The notes beneath the pieces were generated by a model that saw only the letters and a program-made list of their open reading frames with translations, made no database searches and was not told the DNA's origin. Shown piece by piece: positions 20,965-32,720 of a stretch of 64,000 bases of DNA. The DNA comes from Clostridia bacterium (lineage in GTDB: Bacteria; Bacillota; Clostridia; UBA1212; DUPL01): assembly GCA_050951325.1 (NCBI GenBank), contig JBMNIW010000006.1:32001-96000 (forward strand). Reading direction: 5' to 3'. Each line of letters begins with the position of its first letter. Position 1 is the first letter of the stretch. The translations under genes and the position numbers were made by a program.

Positions 20965-21134
20965 CAATTCTTCAACGGTGTTTTTATCGTTCCATGTATG
21001 GATATAACATCATATGCTGAGATGATTGGATTTCCAAACAGATCAACGAAAGCGGAGTAATACTGCCCATCAAGCTCTTTCATACCTGGTGCGTGCTTTG
21101 TAAAATTCGTATTCCAATACGCTCCGGAAAACAT
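20961..21134 (-). CDS. Possible 57-aa small ORF at the end of the pheST operon
   Basis: ATG overlaps the upstream stop (TGATG); MFSGAYWNTNFTKHAPGMKELDGQYYSAFVDLFGNPIISAYDVISIHGTIKTPLKNC* fills the gap exactly to the terminator. Confidence 0.35.
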   Translation of the reverse strand: MFSGAYWNTNFTKHAPGMKELDGQYYSAFVDLFGNPIISAYDVISIHGTIKTPLKNC

Positions 21135-22075
21135 CAATATTTTGATAAGTACCTATATTCTCTTAATTTCGCAATGATTTCCTTTTCACGTTCATCCCTT
21201 GTTGAAAGATTCTTTTCTGTGATAATCCTGTGAAAAGCTTTTGCTGCTCTTTCCGCATCAGGGTATTCAGATATGGTGTCGTTCTGTGGATGCATTTCCA
21301 GAAGTCCTGTAAAAATATCACACGCACCAAGGTACAGCTCATTTACATTTTCATTGTCCTCCAATGCTTTTTCAAGAGCGTTTGCCATTTTCCCTTTTAT
21401 AGCACACACATTCGACAGATATGAAAGACCTATACTGTTCTTGCATCCTTTTGTAAGAACATAGAACCTTGATTCTTCCTTGTCATAGTCAAGCTCATAC
21501 ACAGCACTTATCTTACCCCATCCGTTCAAATGCTCCAGAAGCTCAAGAATAAAATCGTTAGCGTCTTTAAGAACATTCTTTACAGCTACAACAGCATACA
21601 AGGTAAACTCCTCATGACTTCCAAGAACTTTTAAAATATCAGCATCTTCCTCTTTTCCAGACTGCCCAAGGAGTGCTATTCCCATCTTCAACACTTCCCT
21701 TCTATCGGTCTTGTATATAATCTCAAGGGCAGTATTTCTCATCTTTTCCTTGTCGCTCGTTGATAGAAAAGACAAAACAGGGTCGGCAATGGAAATGGCT
21801 GCATACTTAAACAAAGTTCTGCACATTTTCTCAAAGTTTTTATCAGTGGGATTCTTCATATGCCGCTTTATGACCCGAGAAATATGAAAGTTCACAATAC
21901 TGTATTGCTTTATTGCAAAATCACTCCTAAGAAGTATGCCTTCATATGCTCCCGGAACCCAAATCTCATCTTCGGAAAGGCTCATGTCTCCCGCATCAGG
22001 CAGGGAGACACAACCATCCTTAACATATCCTTTTTCATCCGTGTTCTGCTTCAAAAACTCATATATCGATTTCAT
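21134..22075 (-). CDS. Conserved hypothetical alpha-helical (HEAT-like) protein
   Basis: HEEFTLYAVVA, GWGKI and GCKN...YL...CA pattern; 4 bp downstream of pheT. Confidence 0.7.
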   Translation of the reverse strand: MKSIYEFLKQNTDEKGYVKDGCVSLPDAGDMSLSEDEIWVPGAYEGILLRSDFAIKQYSIVNFHISRVIKRHMKNPTDKNFEKMCRTLFKYAAISIADPVLSFLSTSDKEKMRNTALEIIYKTDRREVLKMGIALLGQSGKEEDADILKVLGSHEEFTLYAVVAVKNVLKDANDFILELLEHLNGWGKISAVYELDYDKEESRFYVLTKGCKNSIGLSYLSNVCAIKGKMANALEKALEDNENVNELYLGACDIFTGLLEMHPQNDTISEYPDAERAAKAFHRIITEKNLSTRDEREKEIIAKLREYRYLSKY

Positions 22076-22079
22076 TTTA

Positions 22080-24515
22080 CTAATTCCTTATCTCAGCACT
22101 CAATATGGTGTTAAGTCCGTTGAGTATCTTGTTCATAACCTTGTTGACGTCCTCGTCAGTCAGAGTCCTTTCATTATCTCTAAATGATAGAGAATATGCA
22201 AGGCTCTTCTTTCCTTTTGGAACCTGCGGTCCGTCATAATAGTCAAACAGAACAAGCTCTTCAAGAACCTTTCCTCCTCTTTGCAATATAACTTTTTCAA
22301 CATCGTTTGCAGGCACTTCCTTGTCAACCACAATCGCAAGGTCCCTTGCTACTGCAGGGAACTTGGGAAGTTCCTTGTAAGTTGGAATAAGAATCGCCGC
22401 CTCTATTACAGGCTCCAGTTCTACAAATGCAAGATATGTGTTCTCGGGACATTCAAAATTCTCACATACCTTTGGATGCACCTTGCCTATCAAGCCTGCT
22501 TCCCTACCGTTAATAAATACTTTTGCACACATGCCTGGATGCATGTATGGCTGATCCTTACATGCTGCAAAAGAATAATCCTTAATCTTCAAAGAATCCA
22601 GCAAAGCCTCCAAATCTCCCTTTATGTCAAAGAAAGACATGTCACCATAAGCTGCAAGACTTAAAAGTTCCTTGTGATTTGGAAGCTCGTTAACATCTTC
22701 CTTCTTCTCATAAACATAGGATATCTCAAACACGCTTACGGATTCATTGCGCTTTGCATGATTCAAACTCAAAATCTTTAACATGCTCGGAGCCATCGAG
22801 GTCCTCATAACGCTGAAATCTTCTCCAAGAGGATTGGAAATGACAACAGCATTTCTCAAAGGACTGTCATTTGGCAAATTCAACATGTCAAAAACAGAAG
22901 AACTTTCAAAAGAGAAGGTTAGAGCTTCGTAATAACCAAGACCTTTTGCAGAATTTCTTATCATGTCTGAAATCGTCTGTCTTCTGTTCTTTCTTCCCAA
23001 AGTTGTTTCACATCCAGTAAGCAGCCTGGTATCTATATTATTGTATCCATAGAATCTGGCTATTTCTTCGGAAAGATCCGCTCCACAAACAATATCCGGT
23101 CTGAAGTGAGGCGGTACCACATAGTCGTCAAACACTTTGAACTCAAGACTTGTTAGAATCTCCGCCATTCTTTCCCTGGGTATTTCCGTACCCAATAATC
23201 CATTTATTCTCTCTACATTAAATGGAACCTTTCTCTCCTCATATGGAACGGGGTAGCAGTCTACAGTACCTTTAAGAACTTTGCCAGCACCTAAAAGTTC
23301 CACAAGCTGCGCTGCTCTTTCCATGGCCATTGCACAAGTTATTGCGTTTAGTCCCTTTTCAAACCTTGAAGAGGATTCCGTTCTCATGCCAAGTTTTTTA
23401 GCAGCCATTCTGATAGAAACAGGTTCGAACAACGCTGCCTCAAAAATAACTTCCTTAGTATCATCCATAACACCTGAGTTCTCTCCGCCCATGACACCAG
23501 CAACTGCAATAGGGCCTTCCTTGTCTGCAATTACCAGAGTGGATGAATCAAAAAACCTTTCGATACCGTCAAGAGTCATCATAGTCTCACCGTTTTTTGC
23601 ACGGCGCACTATTATCTCATCACCTCTTACAAATCTTCTGTCAAATGCATGCATGGGGTGTCCAAACTCAAGCATGACATAATTTGTGATGTCGACTATA
23701 TTGTTAATAGCTCTTATGCCTGCATGCTGCAGTCTGTCCCTCATCCATTTGGGAGATGGTCCAATCTTTACATCAGTAACAACTCTTGCAATGTATCGCG
23801 AGCAAAGGTCCGAATCTTCTATTCTAACCGCAATACGTTTTTTCGCCTCTTCGTCTCCTTCTTCCTTAACCACGATTTCAGGTGCAATATATTTTTTATT
23901 CATGGTAACTGCAGCTTCTCTTGCCAGACCTGTAATGCTGAAACAGTCAGGCCTGTTGGAGGTTACCTCAAACTCAATAACGCTTTCATCTGCACCCAAA
24001 ACCTTCATAATGTCTCTTCCAACCAGCTGGTCCAGCTCCTCTTCTGTCATATCCTTAAAGTCTTCCAGATCCTGAAGAATAATGACGCCATCATCAGTAC
24101 CTCCGGGATAATCTTCATAATCAAGACCAAGCTCCTCAAACGAGCACATCATGCCTTCAGATACTTCCCCTCTTAATTTACCCTTCTTTATCTTAAGACC
24201 ATTCGTCAAGGTTGCTCCGTCCAAGGCAACAGGAATGAATCCACCGACTCTGGCATTGGGTGCTCCTGTTACAACCTGCAGAATATTGTCTTCTCCTACA
24301 AGCATTTTGCAGATTACCAAATGGTCGGAGTTCTCATGAGGGTATAACTCAATGCATTTCCCTACAACGACCTTGCTAATCTCATCAGCCTTGTTTTCGA
24401 TACCCTCCACCTTGGTACCACTCATGGTCATGTCCGATGCAAACTTAAGTATGTCTTCCTTGTTTTCTATCTCAATATCCGTATAGCTAACCAGCCACTT
24501 CAAAGGTGCTTTCAT
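22080..24515 (-). CDS. pheT: Phenylalanine-tRNA ligase beta subunit
   Basis: GAPN, RGEVSEGM, TSNRPDC, VDITNY, RFEKG, DLSEEIAR and FDX-ACB tail (GKKSLAY). Confidence 0.98.
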   Translation of the reverse strand: MKAPLKWLVSYTDIEIENKEDILKFASDMTMSGTKVEGIENKADEISKVVVGKCIELYPHENSDHLVICKMLVGEDNILQVVTGAPNARVGGFIPVALDGATLTNGLKIKKGKLRGEVSEGMMCSFEELGLDYEDYPGGTDDGVIILQDLEDFKDMTEEELDQLVGRDIMKVLGADESVIEFEVTSNRPDCFSITGLAREAAVTMNKKYIAPEIVVKEEGDEEAKKRIAVRIEDSDLCSRYIARVVTDVKIGPSPKWMRDRLQHAGIRAINNIVDITNYVMLEFGHPMHAFDRRFVRGDEIIVRRAKNGETMMTLDGIERFFDSSTLVIADKEGPIAVAGVMGGENSGVMDDTKEVIFEAALFEPVSIRMAAKKLGMRTESSSRFEKGLNAITCAMAMERAAQLVELLGAGKVLKGTVDCYPVPYEERKVPFNVERINGLLGTEIPRERMAEILTSLEFKVFDDYVVPPHFRPDIVCGADLSEEIARFYGYNNIDTRLLTGCETTLGRKNRRQTISDMIRNSAKGLGYYEALTFSFESSSVFDMLNLPNDSPLRNAVVISNPLGEDFSVMRTSMAPSMLKILSLNHAKRNESVSVFEISYVYEKKEDVNELPNHKELLSLAAYGDMSFFDIKGDLEALLDSLKIKDYSFAACKDQPYMHPGMCAKVFINGREAGLIGKVHPKVCENFECPENTYLAFVELEPVIEAAILIPTYKELPKFPAVARDLAIVVDKEVPANDVEKVILQRGGKVLEELVLFDYYDGPQVPKGKKSLAYSLSFRDNERTLTDEDVNKVMNKILNGLNTILSAEIRN

Positions 24516-24532
24516 AAATATCTTCCTTTCTA

Positions 24533-25552
24533 TTAGAACTGTTTCAGAAAACGAACGTCGTTTTCAAAAAATTCCCTCATATCCGTTACGCCGAACCTGG
24601 CCATGGCGGTTCTTTCAATTCCAATACCAAAAGCAAAACCACTGTAAACATCGGGGTCTATTCCACATCTTCTCAACACTTCGGGATGCACCATTCCGCA
24701 GCCCAGAACTTCTATATAGCCTTCGCCTTTACACATGCTGCAGCCTTCCCCTTTGCAAGTCCAGCAGGATACGTCCATTTCCGCCGAAGGTTCGGTAAAC
24801 GGGAAATGGTGGGGTCTGAATCTGACTTTTACATCGCTTCCAAACATGCTCTTTGCATATATCTCCAGCGTACCTTTCAAGTCTCCCATGGTTACGCCTT
24901 TGTCAACAACCAAACCTTCCAGCTGATGGAAGATTGGCGAATGGGTTGCATCCACATTGTCGGATCTGTACACCTTTCCAGGGCAGATAATTTTAATTGG
25001 AGGTTTCTTGTTCTCCATAACCCTTATCTGAACGCTGGAAGTCTGTGTTCTTAGAAGTATCTTCTCGGTGATATAAAAGGTGTCCTGAGTGTCTCTTGCA
25101 GGATGACCTTCCGGAATATTCAAAGCCTCAAAGTTATAGTAGTCGTACTCAACCTCGGGGCCGTCTGCAATTTCGTAACCCATTCCGATAAACACATTCT
25201 TCATCTCGTCAATTACCTGGTTGAGAGGGTGCAAGCCTCCAACTCTCCTCTTTGTTCCAGGCATGGTTACGTCAATTGTTTCACTGGCCAGTTTTGCTTC
25301 CAGTTCCTTTTCCTTGAGTTCCCTGGTCCTTGACGTGATAATGGACTCCATATAATCTCTTATCTCATTCGCCTTCTGACCAATTTTAGGTCTTTCCTCA
25401 GGACTCAGACTTCCCATACCGCGCAGAACCGCAGTCAAGGCACCCTTCTTGCCCATGTAGGCAACACGAAGTTTTTCAACTTCTGCAACATTATCCGCTT
25501 CGTTTATTTTCTCTGCAAACTCTTGTCTTATCTTTTCAAGTTGTTCAAGCAT
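24533..25552 (-). CDS. pheS: Phenylalanine-tRNA ligase alpha subunit
   Basis: [24 protein letters not shown] and [10 protein letters not shown] motifs. Confidence 0.98.
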   Translation of the reverse strand: MLEQLEKIRQEFAEKINEADNVAEVEKLRVAYMGKKGALTAVLRGMGSLSPEERPKIGQKANEIRDYMESIITSRTRELKEKELEAKLASETIDVTMPGTKRRVGGLHPLNQVIDEMKNVFIGMGYEIADGPEVEYDYYNFEALNIPEGHPARDTQDTFYITEKILLRTQTSSVQIRVMENKKPPIKIICPGKVYRSDNVDATHSPIFHQLEGLVVDKGVTMGDLKGTLEIYAKSMFGSDVKVRFRPHHFPFTEPSAEMDVSCWTCKGEGCSMCKGEGYIEVLGCGMVHPEVLRRCGIDPDVYSGFAFGIGIERTAMARFGVTDMREFFENDVRFLKQF

Positions 25553-25569
25553 ATATTAATCCCTCCAAA

Positions 25570-25850
25570 AATAAATCCCTTGCAAAAATGCAAGGGACGA
25601 TTTTACCGCGGTACCACCCAAGTTCATAACACAAGCAACTCCAATATATGAGAATATATCAGAGTTGTTGTAATCTATGCACTCATTAAAAGATGTAACG
25701 GTCTTGACCGGAAACCCCTACTTTGGCGTAACGCTGTTCAGGGCTCAGCTCCAGAGCGAACTTCATAAACCTTTAGAAGCAGATGATTTCACCTTGCCAT
25801 CCTCTCTATAGCTCCTAAAAGACTTACTACTCCTCTCCTTCACAGCCTTT
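25570..25850 (-). promoter_or_regulatory. T-box riboswitch (Phe specifier UUC) upstream of pheS
   Basis: Minus strand: AGTA and AGAGA/GGTGAAA boxes in stem I; specifier GAAG-TTC (25758-25760); AGTA...CCGTTA stem II; T-box AACTTGGGTGGTACCGCG (~25606-25624); terminator TCCCTTGCATTTTTGCAAGGGA plus T tract. Promoter TTGACT-N17-TATATT at 25869-25897. Confidence 0.95.
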
Positions 25851-25898
25851 AAAATATTGATTTTTACCAATATACATTATTTATAATCAAAAGTCAAA

Positions 25899-27851
25899 CT
25901 ATATTCTGCCGCTGCCAAGATTGGTTAAAAACGCAGTACATGGACCTGCCTGGGTAAACATTATGCTGAAGTCCGAAGAACCGTTTGTATTGGCCAGCTT
26001 CAGAACTATTCTATTCATTCCCTTCTTGAGAGGAACATCCAGCTTATGAATATTCTCAGGAGTCCAGTGCTCTGTAGAATCGCTGTATGCAATCAGGTTG
26101 CCGTCCATCCACATGCGGAACACATCACTGTGGCCAATTTGTATACAGGCATTCATATCTTCGGGAGCATACAGATCTCTTACCATGTAAACTACACAAG
26201 GACCAGAGAAACCGAACAGATCCTTGAAACTGAACTTATCCTCATACAAGTTTACAGGGAACCCCTGATAAGCCGGGTCATCCACCAGTTCTCCCGACAA
26301 TGGCTTGTTGCCCAAAAGCTGATCCTCCAGATATTCTTTCTGCCAGTCAGCCTTCATATTAATATGGAACTGCCTAATTTTTGTAGAACCCTCATCCTTT
26401 GTCTTTGCTCCTCCTAGTCCTGCATAATATGATTCGTTTGCTTTAGGTGGAGCAACATATGTGGTATTCTCCCAGAAAGGACCGTAAACCTTCCACAATG
26501 CAGCTCCAGCAAGACCAAAGCTTTCCCTGAAAGTGTCATTATTGTCAAGAGTTATGGTCGCAGTAATTATGTTCTTGTTCATAAGAACCGGGATATCCTT
26601 ACTTACCGATACGGTAATGTCTATACCTGAATTGAACATGCCAATTCTGAATTTCTTTTCCTGAGGCTTTACCGAAAATCCTTCAGGTGCTGTAAACTTT
26701 AATGTTCCCGTTGCTTTTATCTTATTATTGGTATCCAAGTGTATTGTTATGTTCTTGCTCTCTCCTGGTGCAATTGCAGGTATACCATCGTTGTATACAA
26801 CCCTGAAGTTGATGGGTAATGAAGGCCTGCCTTCCATTACAGGCACCTTGTCTTCAGGATAACCCTTTATGTTCACCTTCTTGTTCTTGTCAAGGAACAA
26901 AAGAGCTGCAAAAGCGGTGTCTTCAGCCAGATCATAAACCTTGTCTGATCTTCTGGTAACATTAACCCCCAGCTTGAAGGTCTGCTCTTTTAGGTCATAG
27001 TCTTTCATAAGCTTCTTGCCGCCTTCAATGATACCTATAATGGCACCAACAGTGGCGCATGTGCAGTCCGTATCAAAACCACAGTTAAGAGCCAGCATTA
27101 CGCTGTCCATGAAATGGCCCTTGCCCAAAAGAAGAGCCATGAGTGTGATTCCTATGTTCTGATACATGTTTGTACAGTCAGCGTGTCCGTAATCACGTAG
27201 AATTCTTCCAAATACATATCTCCAGTTGTCGGACTGATCACACCAGTCAACAACCTTGCTTACAAGCTCGTACACTCTTGATTTTTCATCTATGTAGTCA
27301 AGAGCTCTAATAACCAAAGGCTTGATATCCCATTTGTCAGTAAACGCAAGAGATTCAAGAGCGGCCAGATACTGCTCGGCAATGATAGACTCACCGTAGT
27401 GATCAAGACATCCGTCCATAGCCGCCAGCTCTGTAGCAAGTTTCGCATCTCCCGGTGCAAGGCATGCCCAGATTTCAGAGCGGATAGGACAGCCCATTCC
27501 TTCAATATAGTAGTTGTTATTAAACTTACCTGAAAGAGGAGGCATTATGCCAAGATCGTAGTTTTTTCTAAAAGTCGCATACTCTCCAGGCGAATAGTCG
27601 CACAGATTAAAGAAAGCTTCTGCCAAATCCAAAGATGTGAAGTTTGTGCCTTTCTTTTCAATAACATCAAGCCACAACACCTGCAAATCGAGGTCGTCAT
27701 TTGGAAGCATGTTGTCAATCATTGAAGGCGTATACTCCACATTCATTATTCCCTTGTAACCTTCATAAGGTGCTCCGATTGTTCCAGCAACACATTTGCC
27801 TATCCAACAACCATATACCTTGTCTACAAACTCATCCCATTTTAGTGTCAT
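25899..27851 (-). CDS. ADP-ribosylglycohydrolase-family protein with long C-terminal beta domains
   Basis: GCWIGKCVAGTIGAPYEG, NDDLDL, IRSEIW and GFDTDC, followed by ~320 aa of Ig-like/jelly-roll-like sequence; GGAGG RBS before the ATG at 27851. Confidence 0.85.
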   Translation of the reverse strand: MTLKWDEFVDKVYGCWIGKCVAGTIGAPYEGYKGIMNVEYTPSMIDNMLPNDDLDLQVLWLDVIEKKGTNFTSLDLAEAFFNLCDYSPGEYATFRKNYDLGIMPPLSGKFNNNYYIEGMGCPIRSEIWACLAPGDAKLATELAAMDGCLDHYGESIIAEQYLAALESLAFTDKWDIKPLVIRALDYIDEKSRVYELVSKVVDWCDQSDNWRYVFGRILRDYGHADCTNMYQNIGITLMALLLGKGHFMDSVMLALNCGFDTDCTCATVGAIIGIIEGGKKLMKDYDLKEQTFKLGVNVTRRSDKVYDLAEDTAFAALLFLDKNKKVNIKGYPEDKVPVMEGRPSLPINFRVVYNDGIPAIAPGESKNITIHLDTNNKIKATGTLKFTAPEGFSVKPQEKKFRIGMFNSGIDITVSVSKDIPVLMNKNIITATITLDNNDTFRESFGLAGAALWKVYGPFWENTTYVAPPKANESYYAGLGGAKTKDEGSTKIRQFHINMKADWQKEYLEDQLLGNKPLSGELVDDPAYQGFPVNLYEDKFSFKDLFGFSGPCVVYMVRDLYAPEDMNACIQIGHSDVFRMWMDGNLIAYSDSTEHWTPENIHKLDVPLKKGMNRIVLKLANTNGSSDFSIMFTQAGPCTAFLTNLGSGRI

Positions 27852-28006
27852 TTTTAAATCCTCCACTACCACATTATAATTTTATGCATATATTCTATAC
27901 ATTTTTCAGTAGTATATCAACTTTTCTTTATATTTACAACGATTTGTTTTACTTTTGTTCCTTAATTTGTGATAAAATACAACAGAAACAACACTTAATC
28001 CACATG

Positions 28007-28031
28007 TTGATTATCTTGTGTTGATAATCAA
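28007..28031. promoter_or_regulatory. Perfect inverted repeat, candidate operator
   Basis: TTGATTATC-N7-GATAATCAA in the divergent intergenic region. Confidence 0.55.
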
Positions 28032-28071
28032 AAATAAATAATACATTGGAATAAAGGAGAGGACATGCAAA

Positions 28072-29196
28072 ATGACAATCAGAGAAAATGTAATGGCAAT
28101 ACTGAATTATGAAAAATTTGAGAGAATGCCAATTATTGCGTTCGGCTACTGGGCGGAAACCGTTGACAAATGGGCTGAAGAAGGCCATATTTCCAAAGAA
28201 GATGCTGAAAACTACAAAAGATATGGCGACAACGGACCTGGAGACAAGGCGATAATGAGCAAGCTGGGATTTGACTATGCCTGGAATCCCCAAGTTGCAG
28301 GCCACCACTTTTTATACCCTGCATTCGAAACTACCGTTCTCGAAGTAGAAGAAGACGGCAGCCAAATCATGAGAGATTCTGCAGGCCTCATAGTAAAAGT
28401 AAAACCGGGTGTTGTCTCAATACCCTCTGAAATTGGCACAACCCTTACGGACAGAGAGGCCTGGGAAGAGCATTACTTGCCAAAACTGCAGTATACGGAC
28501 AACAGAGTCAACATCGAAGCTATAAAAGCAGTTCGCAAAAACCATCCAAAGGATCTTCCCTTTGGAATCCACTGCGGCTCACTTATGGGAAACATAAGGA
28601 ACATGCTTGGAGTTTTGCAGCTCAGTTACCTCTATGTGGATGATGAAGACCTATATACTGAAATAATTGATACGTTTGGAGACCTCTGCTACAAAGTTGC
28701 AAAGAGAATTGTTGAAACTGGCATTGAAATTGACTATGCACACTTCTGGGAGGACATATGCTACAAGAACGGTCCGTTGGTAACTCCTTCAGTATTTGAA
28801 GAGAAAGTCGGGCCTCATTACAAGAGAATCACCGACCTTTTGAAAAAGCATAATATAAACATAGTTTCATTGGACTGCGACGGATGTATAGATTCACTTG
28901 TTCCAATCTGGGTTGAAAATGGAGTCAACACCATGTTCCCAATTGAAGTTGGAACCTGGAAGGCAGACATAAGGCCTTGGAGAGAAAAATACGGCAAGGA
29001 ACTTAGAGGCATCGGTGGAATGAACAAGAACGTATTTGCAATGGATAAGAAGGCAGTGGAAGAAGAAGTCGAAAGACTAAAAGCACTTGTTTCCCTTGGA
29101 GGATACATACCTTGCCCGGATCACAGAATTCCACCTACTGCGGACTTCTCACTAGTTGCATATTACTGCGAGCTGATGGCAAAAACAACCTTCTAA
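28072..29196 (+). CDS. Uroporphyrinogen decarboxylase (URO-D/MtaA-CmuA)-like family protein, not canonical HemE
   Basis: WEDICYKNGP, DCDG, GIGG and GGYIPCPDHRIPP; lacks the HemE RQAGRY motif. Confidence 0.85.
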   Translation: MTIRENVMAILNYEKFERMPIIAFGYWAETVDKWAEEGHISKEDAENYKRYGDNGPGDKAIMSKLGFDYAWNPQVAGHHFLYPAFETTVLEVEEDGSQIMRDSAGLIVKVKPGVVSIPSEIGTTLTDREAWEEHYLPKLQYTDNRVNIEAIKAVRKNHPKDLPFGIHCGSLMGNIRNMLGVLQLSYLYVDDEDLYTEIIDTFGDLCYKVAKRIVETGIEIDYAHFWEDICYKNGPLVTPSVFEEKVGPHYKRITDLLKKHNINIVSLDCDGCIDSLVPIWVENGVNTMFPIEVGTWKADIRPWREKYGKELRGIGGMNKNVFAMDKKAVEEEVERLKALVSLGGYIPCPDHRIPPTADFSLVAYYCELMAKTTF

Positions 29197-29275
29197 TTGA
29201 AATGCCAAAAAAAAATGTGTATAATGTTCTGAACCAATATTATAAATATTGGCAGAACTGTCAGGAGGAATGCAT

Positions 29276-30490
29276 ATGGCTAAGGAAAAAGTTGTACTAG
29301 CGTATTCAGGTGGACTTGATACATCAATTATCATTCCATGGCTGAAAGAAAACTACGATTATGAAGTAATAGCTGTTGCCGCTGATGTGGGTCAGGGCGA
29401 AGAACTTGAACCACTTAGGGAAAAGGCGATTAGAACAGGGGCTTCAAAAATATATATTGAAGATTTGAAACATGATTTTGTAACCAATTACATCTTCCCT
29501 ACCCTGAAAGCAGGCGCAATCTATGAGGGAGACTATCTCCTTGGTACTTCCTTTGCAAGACCATGTATCGCAAAGAGGCTTGTTGAGATTGCAGAACAGG
29601 AAGGTGCGGTTGCAATTGCCCATGGCTGCACAGGCAAGGGCAATGACCAGGTAAGATTTGAGCTTACCATAAAAGCTCTTGCTCCGCATATGAAAATTAT
29701 AGCGCCATGGCGTATCTGGGACATAAAGTCGAGAGACGAAGAAATTGACTACGCACTGGAAAGAGGAATTGATGTACCTGTTACTAAGGAAAACAACTAT
29801 TCCATGGACAGAAACATATGGCATTTGAGCCATGAAGGCATGGACTTGGAAGATCCATGGAATGAGCCAAAGTACGACAAGATTCTACAACTGATTGTTC
29901 CGCCGGAAAAGGCACCGGACGAGCCATCTTATGTGGAAATTGAGTTTGAAAAAGGAGTTCCGGGAAAGGTTGACGGCAAGACTATGGACCCGGTTGAACT
30001 TCTAACCTATCTCAACAAAGTGGCAGGAGAAAACGGCGTTGGCATAGTGGATATGGTTGAAAACAGACTTGTTGGAATGAAGTCAAGAGGAGTATACGAA
30101 ACTCCTGGAGGAACCCTCCTTTACAAAGCCCACAGGGCCCTTGAACTTTTATGCCTAGATAGGGATACCCTCCACTACAAAGACATTCTGGCGCAAAGAT
30201 ATGCAGAACTCGTATACTACGGCCAGTGGTTCACCCCCCTTAAAGAAGCTTTGGATGCTTTTTTTGATTCAACTCAGAAAACAGTTTCAGGAACTGTCAA
30301 ACTCAAGCTCTACAAAGGCAACTGCATGCTGGCAGGCACAAAATCCCCATACTCACTTTATGACGAGGACATTGCCACCTTTGGAGCAGATGACGTATAC
30401 AACCAAAAAGATTCGGAAGGCTTCATAAATCTCTTTGGTCTTCCTGTGAAAATTAATGCTTTGATGAAGAAAAGGAATGAGTTGAAATGA
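29276..30490 (+). CDS. argG: Argininosuccinate synthase
   Basis: [21 protein letters not shown] and SRGVYETPG motifs. Confidence 0.98.
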   Translation: MAKEKVVLAYSGGLDTSIIIPWLKENYDYEVIAVAADVGQGEELEPLREKAIRTGASKIYIEDLKHDFVTNYIFPTLKAGAIYEGDYLLGTSFARPCIAKRLVEIAEQEGAVAIAHGCTGKGNDQVRFELTIKALAPHMKIIAPWRIWDIKSRDEEIDYALERGIDVPVTKENNYSMDRNIWHLSHEGMDLEDPWNEPKYDKILQLIVPPEKAPDEPSYVEIEFEKGVPGKVDGKTMDPVELLTYLNKVAGENGVGIVDMVENRLVGMKSRGVYETPGGTLLYKAHRALELLCLDRDTLHYKDILAQRYAELVYYGQWFTPLKEALDAFFDSTQKTVSGTVKLKLYKGNCMLAGTKSPYSLYDEDIATFGADDVYNQKDSEGFINLFGLPVKINALMKKRNELK

Positions 30491-31875
30491 AACTGTGGGG
30501 AGGACGCTTTTCTGAAGCAACGGATAAAATAGTTGATGACTTCAACTCATCAATCCGGTTTGATCAAAGGCTCTACTATTACGATATAAAAGGAAGTATT
30601 GCCCATGCAAGAATGCTGGGCAATTGTTCTATTATTCCCGAAGAAGAAGCCGAAATGATTATAACTGAATTGAATGCCATACTGAAGGATATTGAAGAAG
30701 GCAAGATAGAGTTTGAAGTGGATGCAGAAGATATTCATATGAATATTGAGAAAATCCTTATAGACAGAATTGGAGATGTGGGAAAGAAACTACACACTGG
30801 CAGGTCAAGAAACGACCAGGTGGCTCTTGACATACGCATGTTCCTAAAGGAAGAAACCACGGATATTATAAACATGGTGAAGGAGCTTATGACGGTTCTT
30901 GTTAATATAGCTGATAAACAAAAAAGAACCATCATGCCCGGGTATACCCATCTGCAGAGAGCCCAGCCTGTGACTCTTGCCCATCACATGCTCGCCTATT
31001 TCGAGATGTTCAAAAGGGACATCGAAAGACTTAAAGACTGCCATAAAAGAATGGATTCCATGCCATTAGGTTCAGGAGCCCTTGCAGGAACCACATATCC
31101 TATGGACAGAGAAATGGTAAGAAAGGAATTAAATTTCAGCTCACTTACACTAAACAGTCTGGACGGGGTGTCTGACAGAGATTTTGTCATTGAGCTTGCT
31201 TCATGTTTGTCCATACTAATGATGCACCTAAGCAGGTTCTCTGAGGAAATCATTCTTTGGGCAAGTCTTGAATTTGGTTTCATTACTCTTTCAGACAGCT
31301 ATTCCACCGGCTCTTCCATAATGCCGCAGAAGAAAAACCCGGATGTGGCGGAACTTGTTAGAGGCAAAACAGGAAGAGTGTACGGCTCCTTAATGGCTCT
31401 CCTCACGGTCATGAAAGGATTGCCCCTTGCATACAATAAGGATATGCAGGAGGACAAGGAAGCAATATTTGATTGCGTTGATACACTTAAAATGTGTCTG
31501 CCGGTATTCACCAGAATGCTTGAAACCTGTTCCTTTAATACGGATACAATGTATAAGGCGGCACAAAAGGGATTTACAAACGCAACAGATTTTGCCGATT
31601 ACCTTGTAAAGAAAGGTATACCTTTCAGACAGGCACATGAGATTACAGGTAACCTTGTCCGTTACTGTATTGAAAGAAATCTGGCAATAGAAGATGTGCC
31701 TCTTGAAGAACTGAAGGAACTTTCAGGCAGCGCAAAGGATTTGATAGATGAAGATATATACAATGAAATATCACTAGAGAAATGCGTTGAAGGCAGAAAC
31801 CTCACAGGAGGAACTGCCCCGGAAAACTCCGAGAGGCATATTAAACTGGCTCAAGAGTATTTGGACAGTATTTGA
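30487..31875 (+). CDS. argH: Argininosuccinate lyase
   Basis: [16 protein letters not shown] and [12 protein letters not shown] motifs. Confidence 0.98.
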   Translation: MKLWGGRFSEATDKIVDDFNSSIRFDQRLYYYDIKGSIAHARMLGNCSIIPEEEAEMIITELNAILKDIEEGKIEFEVDAEDIHMNIEKILIDRIGDVGKKLHTGRSRNDQVALDIRMFLKEETTDIINMVKELMTVLVNIADKQKRTIMPGYTHLQRAQPVTLAHHMLAYFEMFKRDIERLKDCHKRMDSMPLGSGALAGTTYPMDREMVRKELNFSSLTLNSLDGVSDRDFVIELASCLSILMMHLSRFSEEIILWASLEFGFITLSDSYSTGSSIMPQKKNPDVAELVRGKTGRVYGSLMALLTVMKGLPLAYNKDMQEDKEAIFDCVDTLKMCLPVFTRMLETCSFNTDTMYKAAQKGFTNATDFADYLVKKGIPFRQAHEITGNLVRYCIERNLAIEDVPLEELKELSGSAKDLIDEDIYNEISLEKCVEGRNLTGGTAPENSERHIKLAQEYLDSI

Positions 31876-32542
31876 AGAGGTGCTGATATTCAGCACCTGG
31901 TCCAAATAACCTTTCAGCAAGCTCATCCGGTATTCGAACATGCACGAAATAACCGCCCTGATTCTTTTCTATATACCATCGGCTTTGTCTGTCTTCGCAT
32001 ATTGTGATTCTGTAATGTATGCATTTGTAGCCTTTAACAAAAACCTTCATATAATGTATGGTGAATTCTGTTTTAACAACACTGTTGGAAGGAGTGTAAA
32101 GCAATTCAAAAAACTCCTCAATTATCTTTTCATCAAAAAAACCCTTGCCATCCTCATACTCCATGTATTGTACATCGGTAATATTTGGCATACTCAGCAC
32201 AATATCATCCCTTGCAAACAACACATAATCCTTGCTTGCAAAAACCTTTTTAGGCTGATAAAACAAGTTTTCCGGGTCATCTTTCAAGCTGTATATACCA
32301 TGCTTGAATGGAGCATAAAACATGCTTGGTAGATAGTTGTCCTCTTTTACATAACCTATCCTTTCACTCAGCTCATTGTACTTCCATTCCGGAGTCATGG
32401 GCATATATCTGTTTCCATCTATATACAGCACATATTGACTCATACCATATCTTTTCACCTTTAGCTCATAAACTCCAAGTATAACAACAAGCAATACCAA
32501 AGGCACAAGCACGGTAATAACTTTCTTTGTTTTCCTGCTCAT
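31841..32542 (-). CDS. Hypothetical membrane-anchored protein
   Basis: Likely start MSRKTKK at 32542 (GAGG RBS); single N-terminal TM; 3' end overlaps argH by 35 bp. Confidence 0.65.
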   Translation of the reverse strand: MSRKTKKVITVLVPLVLLVVILGVYELKVKRYGMSQYVLYIDGNRYMPMTPEWKYNELSERIGYVKEDNYLPSMFYAPFKHGIYSLKDDPENLFYQPKKVFASKDYVLFARDDIVLSMPNITDVQYMEYEDGKGFFDEKIIEEFFELLYTPSNSVVKTEFTIHYMKVFVKGYKCIHYRITICEDRQSRWYIEKNQGGYFVHVRIPDELAERLFGPGAEYQHLFKYCPNTLEPV

Positions 32543-32720
32543 AATATCAATCCTCACAATGAACAAACGCCAACTGCAGAACCTATGTAACATTAAAAAA
32601 TCGTATTCTACATCTTTATTGTATCACAGTTATTGTAAATACCAAATATACATAATGTCAAATCCATCCTTGTTTTGTAAAATGATTTATATGGTTTGCA
32701 GAGTTTGATACTTTGAGGAA

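Noticed and set aside
28072-29196. hemE annotation
   Set aside because: Lacks the HemE RQAGR motif and has no haem-pathway neighbours.
29200-29270. ARG box upstream of argG
   Set aside because: Only a weak match to the TGAATAwwwATTCA consensus.
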